A stretch of 64,000 nt of DNA from a virus: IMG/VR virus record IMGVR_UViG_3300023174_003154, positions 12,140-76,139 of that record, one strand, 5' to 3'. This document shows, piece after piece, positions 29,090-40,479 of the stretch. Position numbers and translations under genes: made by a program. Positions within the stretch are counted from its first letter, which is position 1; every line of letters starts with the position of its first letter. The notes under the pieces are model-generated. The model saw only the letters and a program-made list of their open reading frames with translations, was not told the DNA's origin and did not search any database.

Positions 29090-29587
29090 ATGGCAAACAA
29101 ATATTTTAATGTAAAAACAGGAATTAGAACCGGTAACATTGTCCTTGATGCCGATAGTGGTAATGCCAATGTAGGTAACATAAATGTATCCAGATATGTT
29201 ATGTCGAACCTACATCCCGGAATAGATGGTGTTTTGAGTTTGGGTAACGCAACTAATAGATATCAAAATGTCTTTATAGCTAACCAATTAAATATAAACG
29301 GTCAGAGTATTACTGCTAACGCTACTACCACTACTTTCTCCGGAAATATAGATGCAAATGGTATTTTTGCTAACACTGTAACAGTTAATAATCAATTAAT
29401 CATAAATAGTAGTACAGATTCCAATACTACGGCTTCGGGAAGTCTTATAACTCAGGGCGGTGTAGGAATAAAGAAAGATTTGACTGTAGGTGGGAATATA
29501 AATTTAGCTAACGCTGCAGGTAATGCAAAAGGTGTTATAAATTATAATGATACCTCAGATAGTATAGATTTTAAATTTAACGGATAA
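29090..29587 (+). CDS. Short fibre protein ending in SIDFKFNG
   Basis: GSLITQGGVGI module; C-terminus matches that of 30573-34715. Confidence 0.65.
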   Translation: MANKYFNVKTGIRTGNIVLDADSGNANVGNINVSRYVMSNLHPGIDGVLSLGNATNRYQNVFIANQLNINGQSITANATTTTFSGNIDANGIFANTVTVNNQLIINSSTDSNTTASGSLITQGGVGIKKDLTVGGNINLANAAGNAKGVINYNDTSDSIDFKFNG

Positions 29588-29598
29588 GGAAAAACAAA

Positions 29599-30501
29599 AT
29601 GGTAGCACCAAGAACGATAGCGGCAAGATTAGAACACGACGGTACATTATTAGCCCGTACAGAATTTGATGAAGTTACACTCACTTATAATTCTATTGAA
29701 AAGACAGGCCATGTATATTCAGAAGAATTTGATGAACTAACATTGTCTAGTAATACCCCAAGTGGTGGTTCATTTTTATTAAATGGAACATCAGACAGAG
29801 TTTATATAGCAGGTAGTTCCGACTTAATGTTTGGATCCGCCGCATATACAATTGAAGGTTGGTTTAACACAAGTTCTACATCGTATCAACGTCTTTGGGA
29901 CTTTTCAAACGGAGATAGCGTAGATATTAATGGATCTACTATCTACTATTGGAATGGTTCTGGAACTAGTTCTAGCGGATCGGGATTGATTCCGCAGAAT
30001 CTATGGTTTCATGTTGCATTAGTTAGAAATAGTTCTACTGATGTAAGATTGTATGTGAACGGTGTCGAAAGAATACATGATACAGCCCCTTCATATAACT
30101 CAACAGCATCTAGACCATTAGCAATCGGCGGCGAAGTATTGACAAATGCTGATGGCAATTTTGCTGGAAATATTGCACAATTTCGTATTGTTAAGGGACT
30201 AGCAATATATACTGGGACATTCTCTACTGCAATTCGCCCATTGGCAGCAACACAACCTCCTACACTAAACACACGTGCTATTACTGGTACAGAGACAAAA
30301 TTGTTACTAAGTGTAGCAGATTCAGGACATCTTACAACTGATTCTGGAAACGGATCAGCAAAAACGATAACAACAACCGGAACTTATTCTGGTTCTACCC
30401 CATCTACCCAAAATTTTAATGGTAAGATGAAGCAACGAAGTACTGGAGAATTGTTAGTAGCTAACGAATTTGACGAGTATAATACAGCCGCTCTACAGTA
30501 A
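29599..30501 (+). CDS. Adaptor-like protein carrying a LamG/ConA-like domain
   Basis: YTIEGWF, WFHVALVR, LYVNG, FRIVKG.A.Y motifs; both termini match 34729-34962. Confidence 0.7.
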   Translation: MVAPRTIAARLEHDGTLLARTEFDEVTLTYNSIEKTGHVYSEEFDELTLSSNTPSGGSFLLNGTSDRVYIAGSSDLMFGSAAYTIEGWFNTSSTSYQRLWDFSNGDSVDINGSTIYYWNGSGTSSSGSGLIPQNLWFHVALVRNSSTDVRLYVNGVERIHDTAPSYNSTASRPLAIGGEVLTNADGNFAGNIAQFRIVKGLAIYTGTFSTAIRPLAATQPPTLNTRAITGTETKLLLSVADSGHLTTDSGNGSAKTITTTGTYSGSTPSTQNFNGKMKQRSTGELLVANEFDEYNTAALQ

Positions 30502-30516
30502 TTAATGTAGATAAGA

Positions 30517-30524
30517 GATAAATA
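30517..30524 (+). promoter_or_regulatory. Late promoter GATAAATA
   Basis: Intergenic, upstream of 30573. Confidence 0.6.
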
Positions 30525-30572
30525 TAAGCATCGGCTAGATAAAAAATCACCAAACTATAAGGAAAAGATAAA

Positions 30573-33500
30573 ATGGCACAGTTAAAAGACAGTACGGTAC
30601 ATGGTAATTTAGACGTTACTACAGCACTTACCGCAGTTGATGTTACAATTAGCGGTAACTTGATTATTAGAGGTACAACAACTACTGTTGATACTACCAC
30701 TTCACGAATCGAAGATTCAGTATTAGAATTAGGTGGCGGACCAGACGGTAATGCACTTGTCGGAGATGACGGGCATGATCGTGGTACGTTATTGCATTAC
30801 TATGACGGTAGTGCAAAAAATGCATTTATTGGTTACAAAGACGGTGAGATTGTTCTTTCTGCAAACGTAACTTATACTGATAATGACATCACATTAGGTG
30901 CAAATAATGTATCAAAGGGTAATATTGTTGGTGGATATTTTGTAGGTAATGGTGATTATCTAACTAACTTGACTGGTAGTGAAGTTACTGGTACAGTTGC
31001 ATTAGCAAACTATGCAACATATTCTGGTACTGTTTTAACTAATGCTCAACCTAATATTACTAGTGTTGGTACATTAGAATCATTGACTATAGGTAACGCA
31101 ACATCAAACTCAGTTTTTGGTAATGGTACAATTCTAACAACTGGCTTAGCTAACTTATATCAACTAGTAGTTCGAAATGGTGCTAACATCACTGGTGATT
31201 TGAATGTGACTGGTGGAAATATTTACGGTAATTTTTCAGGAAATATTTCCGCTAAAGGTAGTGATACACAAGTTCAATTTAATGACGGTGGTTTAACAAA
31301 TGCTACTTCTGGACTTACATTCACAAAAGCAAACAGTGGCTTGTATGTAAATGGTGAAGTCAACGCAGGCAGCTTCTATACATTAGGTGGTGCTACTATT
31401 GGCACAACTGCAAACGTTGGTAATTTAGTAACTCTTGGTTATGCTAACATTGCAACAGGTAACATTGGAAACTTAACTGTTACTGGAACAGCAGAAATTG
31501 CCGGAACAGCAAACGTAGGTAATCTAAAAACATTGGGTTATGTAACTTCTAATGCAAATGTTACTGGTGCTAATTTAGTATCAAATGCAGACGTAACTAC
31601 AGTTACATTATCCGCTTCTGGTAACGTAAGTACTCAAGCTAATTTAGTTGCTTCCGGATGGGCAAACATAACATTAACTGCTAATGTTGGTAATCTAGAA
31701 TCAGCAGGTAATATTTACTCAACTGGTTGGGCTAACGTCAATCAATTATTCAGTCGCACACATGCTAACGTAACAGGTTATGCAAATGTTGGTAACTTAG
31801 TTACTGGTGGATTTGTTAATGCAGTAGGTAATGTTGTTGGTGGTAATGTAATAGCAAATACTTTAGCTGAAGTCGGTAACCTAAAAATTCAAGCAGGTGG
31901 AACTGTTACAGGTGATTTGATCCCAGCAGTAAACGTCAATCAAGATTTAGGTAATGCAACAAATGCATGGAAAGATTTATGGTTAAGTGGTTCTAGTATT
32001 AAATTAGGAACACAGACAATTACATCTAACGCATCAGGTATTACACAATCAAATACTATTTTTGCTGTTGATTTTGTAGCTTCAAACAGTATTGTTGGAA
32101 ATAGTATCTATGCCGCAGTTGAATTAAAGGGTGCAAACGTATTTGCAAATAACTTAACATCAACACGTGTTACATTTGCTGGTACAGATGGTAAGTTAGT
32201 TGATGATGCTAACATGACATTTGCTACAGATACTTTATCCGTTACAGGTAACGTTAACGGTACTAAGAGTGTAGTTGGTGGCAATGTTTATTCAAACAAT
32301 TTGACTGACACACGTTTAGTATTCTCAAATGCAGACCACAAATTAGTAGATGACGCAAAACTTACATTTAATGGTACTACATTTACAGTTGATGCTATTG
32401 CAAACGTTACAGGTAACTTAACAGCAGCCAATGTTACAACAGGTGGAAACATTGTTGCAAACGATGTAACTGCTAATGGTAACATAATTACAAATAATAT
32501 TAGTGCTAGAACAACAGGTGATATTACTATCTCCGGTGGTTCAGCAAATGGTAATGTTATATTAGCTCCTCAAGGTAATGGTACAATTAGTGCTTCTAAT
32601 TTCCGTATCACTAATATTGCTTCTCCAGATGCATCTACTGATGCGGCTACAAAAGGTTATGTTGATGCTAACTCACAAGGTCTTGATATTAAGGCAAGTG
32701 TTCGTTTAGCAACAAGTGGCGACAGAGCATTGTCTGGATTAACAGCAGTTGACGGAGTTACACCAGTAGACGGTGATCGTATTCTTGTAAAATCACAAAC
32801 TCTAGGTAGTGAAAACGGTATCTATGTTGCACATAGCGGTGCGTGGACTAGAGCAACTGATGCAGTACAAGATAGTATTACTGGTGGTTCTTTCACATTC
32901 GTTGAAGAAGGTACAAATTATGCTGATACTGGTTGGGTTGTTTCTACAAATAATCCTATCACTGTTGGTTCAACATCTATTGTTTGGACACAGTTCAGTT
33001 CAGCTGGTACAGTTTCAGTCAACGTAGCATTAAGCAAAGTTGGTAATGAAATCAATGTAAAGTTTGACACTACTACACTAGCAGTTAGTGGTACAAATGA
33101 GTTAAAAGTTGCAGACAGTGCAAGTTTCGTAACACCAAACATTGGTTCAGCAACTGGTTCAAGTTTAGATTTAGCTACTGGTAATATCACAGCAGGTAAT
33201 GCTACAATTGGTACAGGTTCAGGTGGTTCTATTACTGGTGCAAACTTGGTAAGTGCTACATACTTCACAGGTACATTAACAACAGCGGCTCAGCCAAATA
33301 TTACTAGTGTTGGTACGTTAGCTAACTTAACTGTTTCAGCAGACATTAATGCTAACGGTAATATTCGTATCTCTAATACTCCTGGTGCGGCAAATGGTAT
33401 CTTCAGTGATAACTATTACTACGCTAACGGTGTTGCAATTGACTTCCAAACAGCGGCAGGTAATGCATATGAAATTCAATTCAAGTCTGGTTCAGGTGAT

Positions 33501-34715
33501 AACTTGGCTGCATCTGGAAACTTATCATTTGATACTTCTGGTAACACATTAACTACTGATAATTTAGGTTTATATGGTACAGCAAACGTAAATGATGCAG
33601 TTGTTAGAACACTAACAGATACACATATCCCGTTTGCTAACGCAGGTCATGCATTGGTAGGTAGTTCTAGTTTAACATTCAGTTCAGTTAATAACGAACT
33701 AACAGTTACTAACGCTAATGTTACAACTACATTAAAAGCTGGTAACATCATTGATGACCACTTAACTGCTGGCCGTATTACTTTTGCTGGTATAAGTAAA
33801 GAATTAGCTGATTCTGCAAATTTAGTTTATGATACAGCAGGTAAAGAACTACAAGTAGATAATGCTAACATTGCAGGTGATACTAAAACAGGTAACGTAA
33901 TAGTTTCTGCACTAACAACTATTGGTGGTATTCCTTACGCAGTATCAGGTAAATTAACTAATGTTTCTACTCTATATTATGAGTCAACATCTAAGCAAGT
34001 TTACATGCCAAATGCAAACGTTACAGGTGCTATTGTTGCAAGCACAACTATAACAGCAACTGGAAATGTTGATGGCGGTAACATTACAACAGGTGGTAAT
34101 ATTGTTGCAACAGGAAATATTTCTGGTGGAAACATCTCTGGTACATTAGTCGGTGGTACATTAACAACAGCAAGTCAACCAAACGTAACAAGCGTTGGTA
34201 CATTGTTGGGAGTTACTGTTAACGGAGTTGCAAACTTAGGACCAATTGGTAATGTTTACATCTCCGGTGGTTCTGATGGTCAGTACTTAAAGACTGATGG
34301 TGCTGGTAATCTAAGTTTTGGTACAGTTAACCAAGATAAAATTGCAAATGGTACAAGTAACGTAAGCATCCCAACATCAAATGGTAACATTAATTTAGTT
34401 GTCGGTGGCACACAAATAATTGCTGTTACTGGTACAGGTGCTAATGTAACAGGTTACGTTGATGTTACAGGTGATATTAATGCTAACAACATTACTGCAG
34501 GCAATGTATTAACAGTTGGTGCTCTTGCAGTATCAGCAGTTGATTCAACAAGTAGTATTACTGGTGCATTAAAAGTAACTGGTGGTATTGCGGCTACAGG
34601 TAACATCTATACTGGTAAATCAGTTGGATTTGCAGATAACAACGGTGGTTCATCAAGCAAGGCTTACATTCAATTTAACTCTACTTCTAATAGTCTAGAT
34701 TTCATCTTCAATTAA
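30573..34715 (+). CDS. Long tail fibre protein
   Basis: Contains the common fibre module DAATKGYVD..QGLDIKASVR.AT...GDRILVK.Q...ENGIY...WTRATD; AQPNITSVG repeats. Confidence 0.78.
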   Translation: MAQLKDSTVHGNLDVTTALTAVDVTISGNLIIRGTTTTVDTTTSRIEDSVLELGGGPDGNALVGDDGHDRGTLLHYYDGSAKNAFIGYKDGEIVLSANVTYTDNDITLGANNVSKGNIVGGYFVGNGDYLTNLTGSEVTGTVALANYATYSGTVLTNAQPNITSVGTLESLTIGNATSNSVFGNGTILTTGLANLYQLVVRNGANITGDLNVTGGNIYGNFSGNISAKGSDTQVQFNDGGLTNATSGLTFTKANSGLYVNGEVNAGSFYTLGGATIGTTANVGNLVTLGYANIATGNIGNLTVTGTAEIAGTANVGNLKTLGYVTSNANVTGANLVSNADVTTVTLSASGNVSTQANLVASGWANITLTANVGNLESAGNIYSTGWANVNQLFSRTHANVTGYANVGNLVTGGFVNAVGNVVGGNVIANTLAEVGNLKIQAGGTVTGDLIPAVNVNQDLGNATNAWKDLWLSGSSIKLGTQTITSNASGITQSNTIFAVDFVASNSIVGNSIYAAVELKGANVFANNLTSTRVTFAGTDGKLVDDANMTFATDTLSVTGNVNGTKSVVGGNVYSNNLTDTRLVFSNADHKLVDDAKLTFNGTTFTVDAIANVTGNLTAANVTTGGNIVANDVTANGNIITNNISARTTGDITISGGSANGNVILAPQGNGTISASNFRITNIASPDASTDAATKGYVDANSQGLDIKASVRLATSGDRALSGLTAVDGVTPVDGDRILVKSQTLGSENGIYVAHSGAWTRATDAVQDSITGGSFTFVEEGTNYADTGWVVSTNNPITVGSTSIVWTQFSSAGTVSVNVALSKVGNEINVKFDTTTLAVSGTNELKVADSASFVTPNIGSATGSSLDLATGNITAGNATIGTGSGGSITGANLVSATYFTGTLTTAAQPNITSVGTLANLTVSADINANGNIRISNTPGAANGIFSDNYYYANGVAIDFQTAAGNAYEIQFKSGSGDNLAASGNLSFDTSGNTLTTDNLGLYGTANVNDAVVRTLTDTHIPFANAGHALVGSSSLTFSSVNNELTVTNANVTTTLKAGNIIDDHLTAGRITFAGISKELADSANLVYDTAGKELQVDNANIAGDTKTGNVIVSALTTIGGIPYAVSGKLTNVSTLYYESTSKQVYMPNANVTGAIVASTTITATGNVDGGNITTGGNIVATGNISGGNISGTLVGGTLTTASQPNVTSVGTLLGVTVNGVANLGPIGNVYISGGSDGQYLKTDGAGNLSFGTVNQDKIANGTSNVSIPTSNGNINLVVGGTQIIAVTGTGANVTGYVDVTGDINANNITAGNVLTVGALAVSAVDSTSSITGALKVTGGIAATGNIYTGKSVGFADNNGGSSSKAYIQFNSTSNSLDFIFN

Positions 34716-34728
34716 TTGGAGGTGATTA

Positions 34729-34962
34729 ATGGCTACTATTGCGGCGAGATTAAATAATTCCGGCACACTCTACGCTAACTCGCAAGGTAGCGTAGGGTTT
34801 GATGAAGTAAGTCATAGTGAAATAAGCATTACCCCGGAAGGGGTATTTGCTTATACTTTGGATGAATACTCAGGCACCCAAAATAGCAAGGCAATGCAAC
34901 AGCTAAATACGGGTGTACTTAAAATTTCCGGAGTTTTTGACGAGGTGTCAGGAATTACATAA
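34729..34962 (+). CDS. Small adaptor-like protein (TIAARL...FDE)
   Basis: GGAGG RBS; paralog of the termini of 29599-30501. Confidence 0.7.
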   Translation: MATIAARLNNSGTLYANSQGSVGFDEVSHSEISITPEGVFAYTLDEYSGTQNSKAMQQLNTGVLKISGVFDEVSGIT

Positions 34963-34983
34963 GTATATGTAAGGCAAAAAACT

Positions 34984-37719
34984 ATGGCACTATTACGCTC
35001 CGAAACACGAATATACGGTAATGCTACAGTCGATACTTTCTTAAAGATTGACGGTAACAATACCGCTTTTCCTGCCACAAGTAATAGTACAGGGGCATTA
35101 AGAGTTGCTGGTGGTATTGGCGTAAAAGGTAATGTATTCAGTAGTGGAAACATTACTGCATTGAACGCAGACCTTGGTAATTTAGTAGTAGCAAACTATG
35201 TTACTGGAACATTAACAACAGCAAATCAATACAACATTACTAATGTAGGAACATTGGGTAATGTAACAGTCACAAACAGTGCCAACGTAGGTACATTAAA
35301 CTCAGTAGATGGTGTATTTACTGGTAATTTAACAGTAAGTGGAAATTTTGTATACGCAAACGTATTAACGTTAAACATCAAAGACCCTATAATTGAACAG
35401 GGTGGCATCACTGATGGATCTCCATTAACGACAGATGATAACAAAGACCGTGGTTCATTACTTCATTACTATGATGGTACAGCAATTGATGCGTTCATGG
35501 GTTGGGATAATAGCAATTCTGAATTTGCATTTGGTAGCAATGTAAGCGTTTCCGGTGAAGTAGTTACATTCAATTCATATGGTAACATTAGAGCAAATTA
35601 CTTTTTAGGAAATACACTAGGTTCTTCCGAAACTGCATCAACCGTAACAGGAAATGCACAACCAAACATTACAAGTGTTGGTACATTAAATTACTTAAAT
35701 GTATCTAATCTTAATGGCGGTAACGGAACAGTTACTGCTAACTATTTTACTGGTATAGTAACTACCAGTTATCAACCAAATATTAATAGTTTAGGTGTAT
35801 TATCTAATTTAACAGTCACTGGCCCTGTTAACTTAGGTAATGTAGCTAATCTAACTGTCTATGGCGGTAGTGTTGGGCAATATTTAAAAACAGATGGCAA
35901 TGGTACTTTATCTTGGTCAACTGTAACAGCCGGTAATGCAAACATATCCGGTAGCAATACACAGTTATTTTTCAATGATGCTAATAGTAATACATTAGGT
36001 ACGAGTGCAAACTTAACATTCAATAAGTCATCAAATACGCTTACTGTTGATAGTATTGTTGCTAATGGATCATTACTAACTAATATCAATGGTTCAAATA
36101 TAGTAGGTAATGTTGCTAGTGCAGTACAATCTCACTATGCTAATATCGCTAACTCAGTTACATTTGCTAATGTTTCAAATACACCAACATCAATTAGTGG
36201 GTATGGTATTACTGATGCATATAGTAATACAAATACTGCCTCATACTTAACAACATACACAGGTAATTTAACAGCAGGAAATGCTAATTTAGGTAATGCA
36301 GTTGTTGCAAACTATTTTGTTGGTAATGGTAGTCAATTAACTGGAGTGGCAGCATCATCAGCATCATCCGCAAATACTGCTGGTACAGTAACAACAAATG
36401 CACAACCTAATATTACAAGTGTTGGGACACTAACAAGTTTAAATGTTTCGGGAAATGTTAATTTCACTGGTCCTAATGTAAGTTTGGGTAATATTAGTAA
36501 TCTACATATTACAGGTGGTACAGCAAATTATGTACTACAAACAGATGGGTCGGGTAATTTAGCTTGGGTAAGCGCAGGAACTGCACTTGCACAGGCAGGT
36601 GGTATTAATATTATATCAAATATTTCTAATGTTATTGCAGGATCGTCACTTGACTTTACTGTTAGTTATGCTGATCCGGCATACCCGGGTGGAACTTTCT
36701 ATTTAGATTCTGCAGGACCGGTATCATTCACAACTACAGACGCATGGTCAACTGGTGGATTGAGTAAAAATGCATATGCTAATTATATTGCCGGTACAGT
36801 TAATACAGCAAACGCATCAATCACTCTGACACTTGCTAATGCAACATTTAATATTCAATCAAGTGATACTATCACTATTGGTGGAAGTTCAGTAACAGGG
36901 GCAAATCTTACTGGATTAGGTATTACTGGCACAGGCGGCACTTACACGATTCCTAATACATATTTAAATGCTAACGTACAGACAAATGCAACTAACAGCG
37001 TAACTACAAGTTTAACAACAAGTCGAGGTGTAAAAACATCATCTGGTTCTACACTTACGAATAATCAACCAGTACCGTTCAACGTGACTGCACTAAGTGG
37101 GTCATTTGGTAGTGCAACAGTTCCATATTGGAGCTTGAATCAAACATTCAACTGGAATGCATCTACAACATCTGGCGCAACAGTTTCAAGCGGTAACGTC
37201 ACTTATGCCAATACAGCTAATAGTATTTCTGGGACATTGACAAGTATAGGTGCAACAAGTGGAACAAGTTCTTCATTGGACAGTACTATGAATTATACTA
37301 TCACTTCTAGTGATTATTTTGGTTCTGGAGCATTTGGTGCAGGCAGTAGAACAATGACTGCAACTGTAAATGGTACAGTAACTGCGGCAACTAAATATTA
37401 TCCATTGTTCTATCAAATTACATCTAATAGTACAGTTCCTTCATTTACTACAAGCACTACTCGTTTATCAGTCAATGTTGCAGTAGGAACATCTGCAACA
37501 TCGTCTGGCACAGCAAGTAATTATTTGTGGATGGCAACACCATCTACAAACACCGGAACTTTATCTGGGGCAAATCGAACATTTAAGCACATATTTTTAG
37601 GGTCAGATATTATTGATACTCCTGATGTAACAAGCAGTACAACAATTTCCGGACAACCTTATAATATATACGGCTTTACTAATTTTAGTACAGCAACAGC
37701 AATATTGGTAACGGGGTAA
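34984..37719 (+). CDS. Fibre protein
   Basis: Shared shaft modules followed by a unique Ser/Thr-rich C-terminal half. Confidence 0.7.
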   Translation: MALLRSETRIYGNATVDTFLKIDGNNTAFPATSNSTGALRVAGGIGVKGNVFSSGNITALNADLGNLVVANYVTGTLTTANQYNITNVGTLGNVTVTNSANVGTLNSVDGVFTGNLTVSGNFVYANVLTLNIKDPIIEQGGITDGSPLTTDDNKDRGSLLHYYDGTAIDAFMGWDNSNSEFAFGSNVSVSGEVVTFNSYGNIRANYFLGNTLGSSETASTVTGNAQPNITSVGTLNYLNVSNLNGGNGTVTANYFTGIVTTSYQPNINSLGVLSNLTVTGPVNLGNVANLTVYGGSVGQYLKTDGNGTLSWSTVTAGNANISGSNTQLFFNDANSNTLGTSANLTFNKSSNTLTVDSIVANGSLLTNINGSNIVGNVASAVQSHYANIANSVTFANVSNTPTSISGYGITDAYSNTNTASYLTTYTGNLTAGNANLGNAVVANYFVGNGSQLTGVAASSASSANTAGTVTTNAQPNITSVGTLTSLNVSGNVNFTGPNVSLGNISNLHITGGTANYVLQTDGSGNLAWVSAGTALAQAGGINIISNISNVIAGSSLDFTVSYADPAYPGGTFYLDSAGPVSFTTTDAWSTGGLSKNAYANYIAGTVNTANASITLTLANATFNIQSSDTITIGGSSVTGANLTGLGITGTGGTYTIPNTYLNANVQTNATNSVTTSLTTSRGVKTSSGSTLTNNQPVPFNVTALSGSFGSATVPYWSLNQTFNWNASTTSGATVSSGNVTYANTANSISGTLTSIGATSGTSSSLDSTMNYTITSSDYFGSGAFGAGSRTMTATVNGTVTAATKYYPLFYQITSNSTVPSFTTSTTRLSVNVAVGTSATSSGTASNYLWMATPSTNTGTLSGANRTFKHIFLGSDIIDTPDVTSSTTISGQPYNIYGFTNFSTATAILVTG

Positions 37720-37720
37720 T

Positions 37721-39319
37721 ATGGCATCATTAACGTTCCCCTCACCAACGCAACTGAAGAATATTTCTGACCCTTCAGCTAATTCAGATGCGGCTACAAA
37801 ATATTATGTAGACACGCAACTTACGAGTGGAGCCGCTGTAGCAAACGCAGCCGGTAGTAATACACAAGTACAATTTAATAACGCTAATGTATTAGGTGCA
37901 AGTGCTAATTTTACATTCAATAGCGCAACTAGCCTACTAACAGTCACCGGTAACATTGTATCATCTAATGCTAACTTAGGCAATGCAGTTACTGCTAATT
38001 ACTTTATTGGTACATTAACAACAGCTATACAACCTAATATTACCTCAGTTGGTACATTAAGTAATTTAGCAGTAACCGGTGATATATCTGGCGGTAACTT
38101 AACGTTAACAGGTAACTTACTAGTCGGCGGTACATTAACTACAGTAAATTCTACAACCACACGTGTAGTTGACCCAATAATGGAACAAGGCGGTGGCGCA
38201 AATGGCGCGGCACTAAGTTCTAATGATGGTAAAGATCGCGGTACATTATTACATTATTATAGTGGTAGTAGTGCAGTTGATGCGTTTATGGGTTGGGATA
38301 ATTCAAATGCAGAGTTTGCATTTGGTAGTAACGTTACAGTAGCTAGTGAAGTCGTAACATTTAATACATTTGGTAATATACGTGCAGGTAATGCTGTATT
38401 CAGCAATACAGTAACTGCTAACTACTTCACCGGTACATTAACAACAGCATCTCAACCTAACATTACTTCAGTTGGTACATTAACTAGTTTATCAGTTACC
38501 GGTAATATATCTGCTGGAAATGCTAGTTTAGGCAATTTAGTAACCGCAAATTATTTTAGCGGTGATGGTAGTTTATTAACTGGTATTACTGGTTCTTATA
38601 GCAATACAAATGTATCCTCTTATCTATCAACATATACCGGCAATCTGTCTGCAAGCAATGTATCATTTACTGGTGCAAATGTAAGTTTAGGTAGTGTCAG
38701 CAATCTACACATTGACGGCGGAACAAGTGGTTATTTCTTAACAACAGATGGCTCAGGTGGATTGAGTTGGGCAGCACAAACTGCACTAACTGCCACTGTA
38801 GATGAGTTTACTGCTAACGGTACATATACTACATTTACATTATCTACTACACCGTCAAGTGAAAATGTTACAATGGTTGCCGTTCAGGGTGTATTGCAAC
38901 CTAAATCGTCTTATTCATTAATGGGACCTCAACTAACATTTGACGCACCTCCCCCGGCATCAGCGTTTATTGAAGTAACAACATTTAGTGGTGGCGCAGG
39001 CGGAGCTGGTGGTGGCGGTAGTTCTGCACTAACTTGGAATATTGCAAGTAGTAATGCTACTATGAGTGCAAATAATGGATATTTTGTTGATACATCAAGT
39101 GCCGCAAAGACAATGACATTACCAAGTAGTGCAACATTAGGTGATACTATTCGTATCAATGATTTAGCTGGAACATTTAATACAAACAATTTAACAGTAG
39201 CACGAAATGGTCATAAGATTCAGGGTGTTGCACAAGATTTATTAGTAGATACGGATCAAAGTAGTTTTGGTTTAGTATACAGTAACAGCACATATGGCTG
39301 GAAAGTATTGGAGTTATAA
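37721..39319 (+). CDS. Fibre protein with a T4 gp34-like C-terminal domain
   Basis: YFVDTS...T.TLP.SA.LGD.I.I.D..G.F..NNLTV.RNG.KI.G...LVY....GW. Confidence 0.7.
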   Translation: MASLTFPSPTQLKNISDPSANSDAATKYYVDTQLTSGAAVANAAGSNTQVQFNNANVLGASANFTFNSATSLLTVTGNIVSSNANLGNAVTANYFIGTLTTAIQPNITSVGTLSNLAVTGDISGGNLTLTGNLLVGGTLTTVNSTTTRVVDPIMEQGGGANGAALSSNDGKDRGTLLHYYSGSSAVDAFMGWDNSNAEFAFGSNVTVASEVVTFNTFGNIRAGNAVFSNTVTANYFTGTLTTASQPNITSVGTLTSLSVTGNISAGNASLGNLVTANYFSGDGSLLTGITGSYSNTNVSSYLSTYTGNLSASNVSFTGANVSLGSVSNLHIDGGTSGYFLTTDGSGGLSWAAQTALTATVDEFTANGTYTTFTLSTTPSSENVTMVAVQGVLQPKSSYSLMGPQLTFDAPPPASAFIEVTTFSGGAGGAGGGGSSALTWNIASSNATMSANNGYFVDTSSAAKTMTLPSSATLGDTIRINDLAGTFNTNNLTVARNGHKIQGVAQDLLVDTDQSSFGLVYSNSTYGWKVLEL

Positions 39320-40470
39320 TGGCAACAACAAGTTTAAAATCAGTTAAAGCGACTGCACTTTCTCCTGTTATAACTATTGCAGGAGTCTCATCAAGTCCTA
39401 AAATAACAAGTTTAACTTATCCTAATAACAGTGGTAATGGCGGCACACCTGCAGGTAGTGAAACAATTACAATCACCGGAAGCGGATTTAATACTGGTGC
39501 AACAGTTTATGTTGATACTATAAGTTGTTCAACCACCTATGTAAGTGCAACTAGTGTAACATTTACTAGTCCTGCAAAATCGTCAGGATCATATCATATA
39601 TTTGTTTATAATACTGATGGTACTTTTGCAATGAAACCTGCAGGAATGTATTATGTTCCTGGAGCACCATCAACAGTTGAATACCTAGTAGTTGCAGGTG
39701 GCGGTGGTGGTTCTGGTGGTGCTAACGGTGGTTCTGGTGGAGGTGCTGGTGGCTATAGAACTAATACAGGATTTGCAATAAGTTCCGGAGTAGCAATTAC
39801 TGTTACAGTTGGTGCCGGCGGTGCAGGAGCCTCAGCTTCAAATGCTTCCGTAGGTTCCAATAGCGTATTTGATACTATAACAAGTTCAGGCGGAGGTAGA
39901 GGCACAATTGGAGCAGCCGGCGGTAGTGGTGGTAGTGGTGCAGGTGCACCAGCATCAAGTAATAGTTATGGCGGCGGTTCTGGAAATCTAGGTGGATATA
40001 CACCAGTAGAAGGATATGCAGGCGGCGCCAATAGTACAGGTTATCCGTATCCTGGTGGCGGTGGTGGTGGCGCCGGCGGTTTAGGTGGTAGTGGTGGGGG
40101 TAGCCAATCAGGAGCCGGCGGTATTGGACGAGCAAGTGCTATTTCAGGATCATCAGTAGATTATGCTGGTGGAGGTGGAGGTGGAGGAACAGGTCAAGGT
40201 GCAACCGCAGGCAGTGCTAGCTTTGGCGGTGGCGCAGGTGGCGGTGGAAATTCTAACGGTACTAGTGCTACTGTAAATACCGGTGGTGGCGGTGGTGGTG
40301 CTGGCAATAGTTCTGGAAACACCGGTGGTACTGGTGGTTCCGGTGTAGTAATCATTCGCTATTCAGATGCATATTCAGCCGCAGTGACAACAACAGGTAG
40401 TCCAACCATAACAGTTGCTGGTGGCTATAGAGTATACAAATTTACTGCATCAGGCAGTATAACATTCTAA
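39319..40470 (+). CDS. IPT/TIG plus glycine-rich domain protein
   Basis: ITITGSGF IPT motif; YLVVAGGGGG...GGSGVVIIRY. Confidence 0.75.
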   Translation: MATTSLKSVKATALSPVITIAGVSSSPKITSLTYPNNSGNGGTPAGSETITITGSGFNTGATVYVDTISCSTTYVSATSVTFTSPAKSSGSYHIFVYNTDGTFAMKPAGMYYVPGAPSTVEYLVVAGGGGGSGGANGGSGGGAGGYRTNTGFAISSGVAITVTVGAGGAGASASNASVGSNSVFDTITSSGGGRGTIGAAGGSGGSGAGAPASSNSYGGGSGNLGGYTPVEGYAGGANSTGYPYPGGGGGGAGGLGGSGGGSQSGAGGIGRASAISGSSVDYAGGGGGGGTGQGATAGSASFGGGAGGGGNSNGTSATVNTGGGGGGAGNSSGNTGGTGGSGVVIIRYSDAYSAAVTTTGSPTITVAGGYRVYKFTASGSITF

Positions 40471-40479
40471 GAGAACAAC

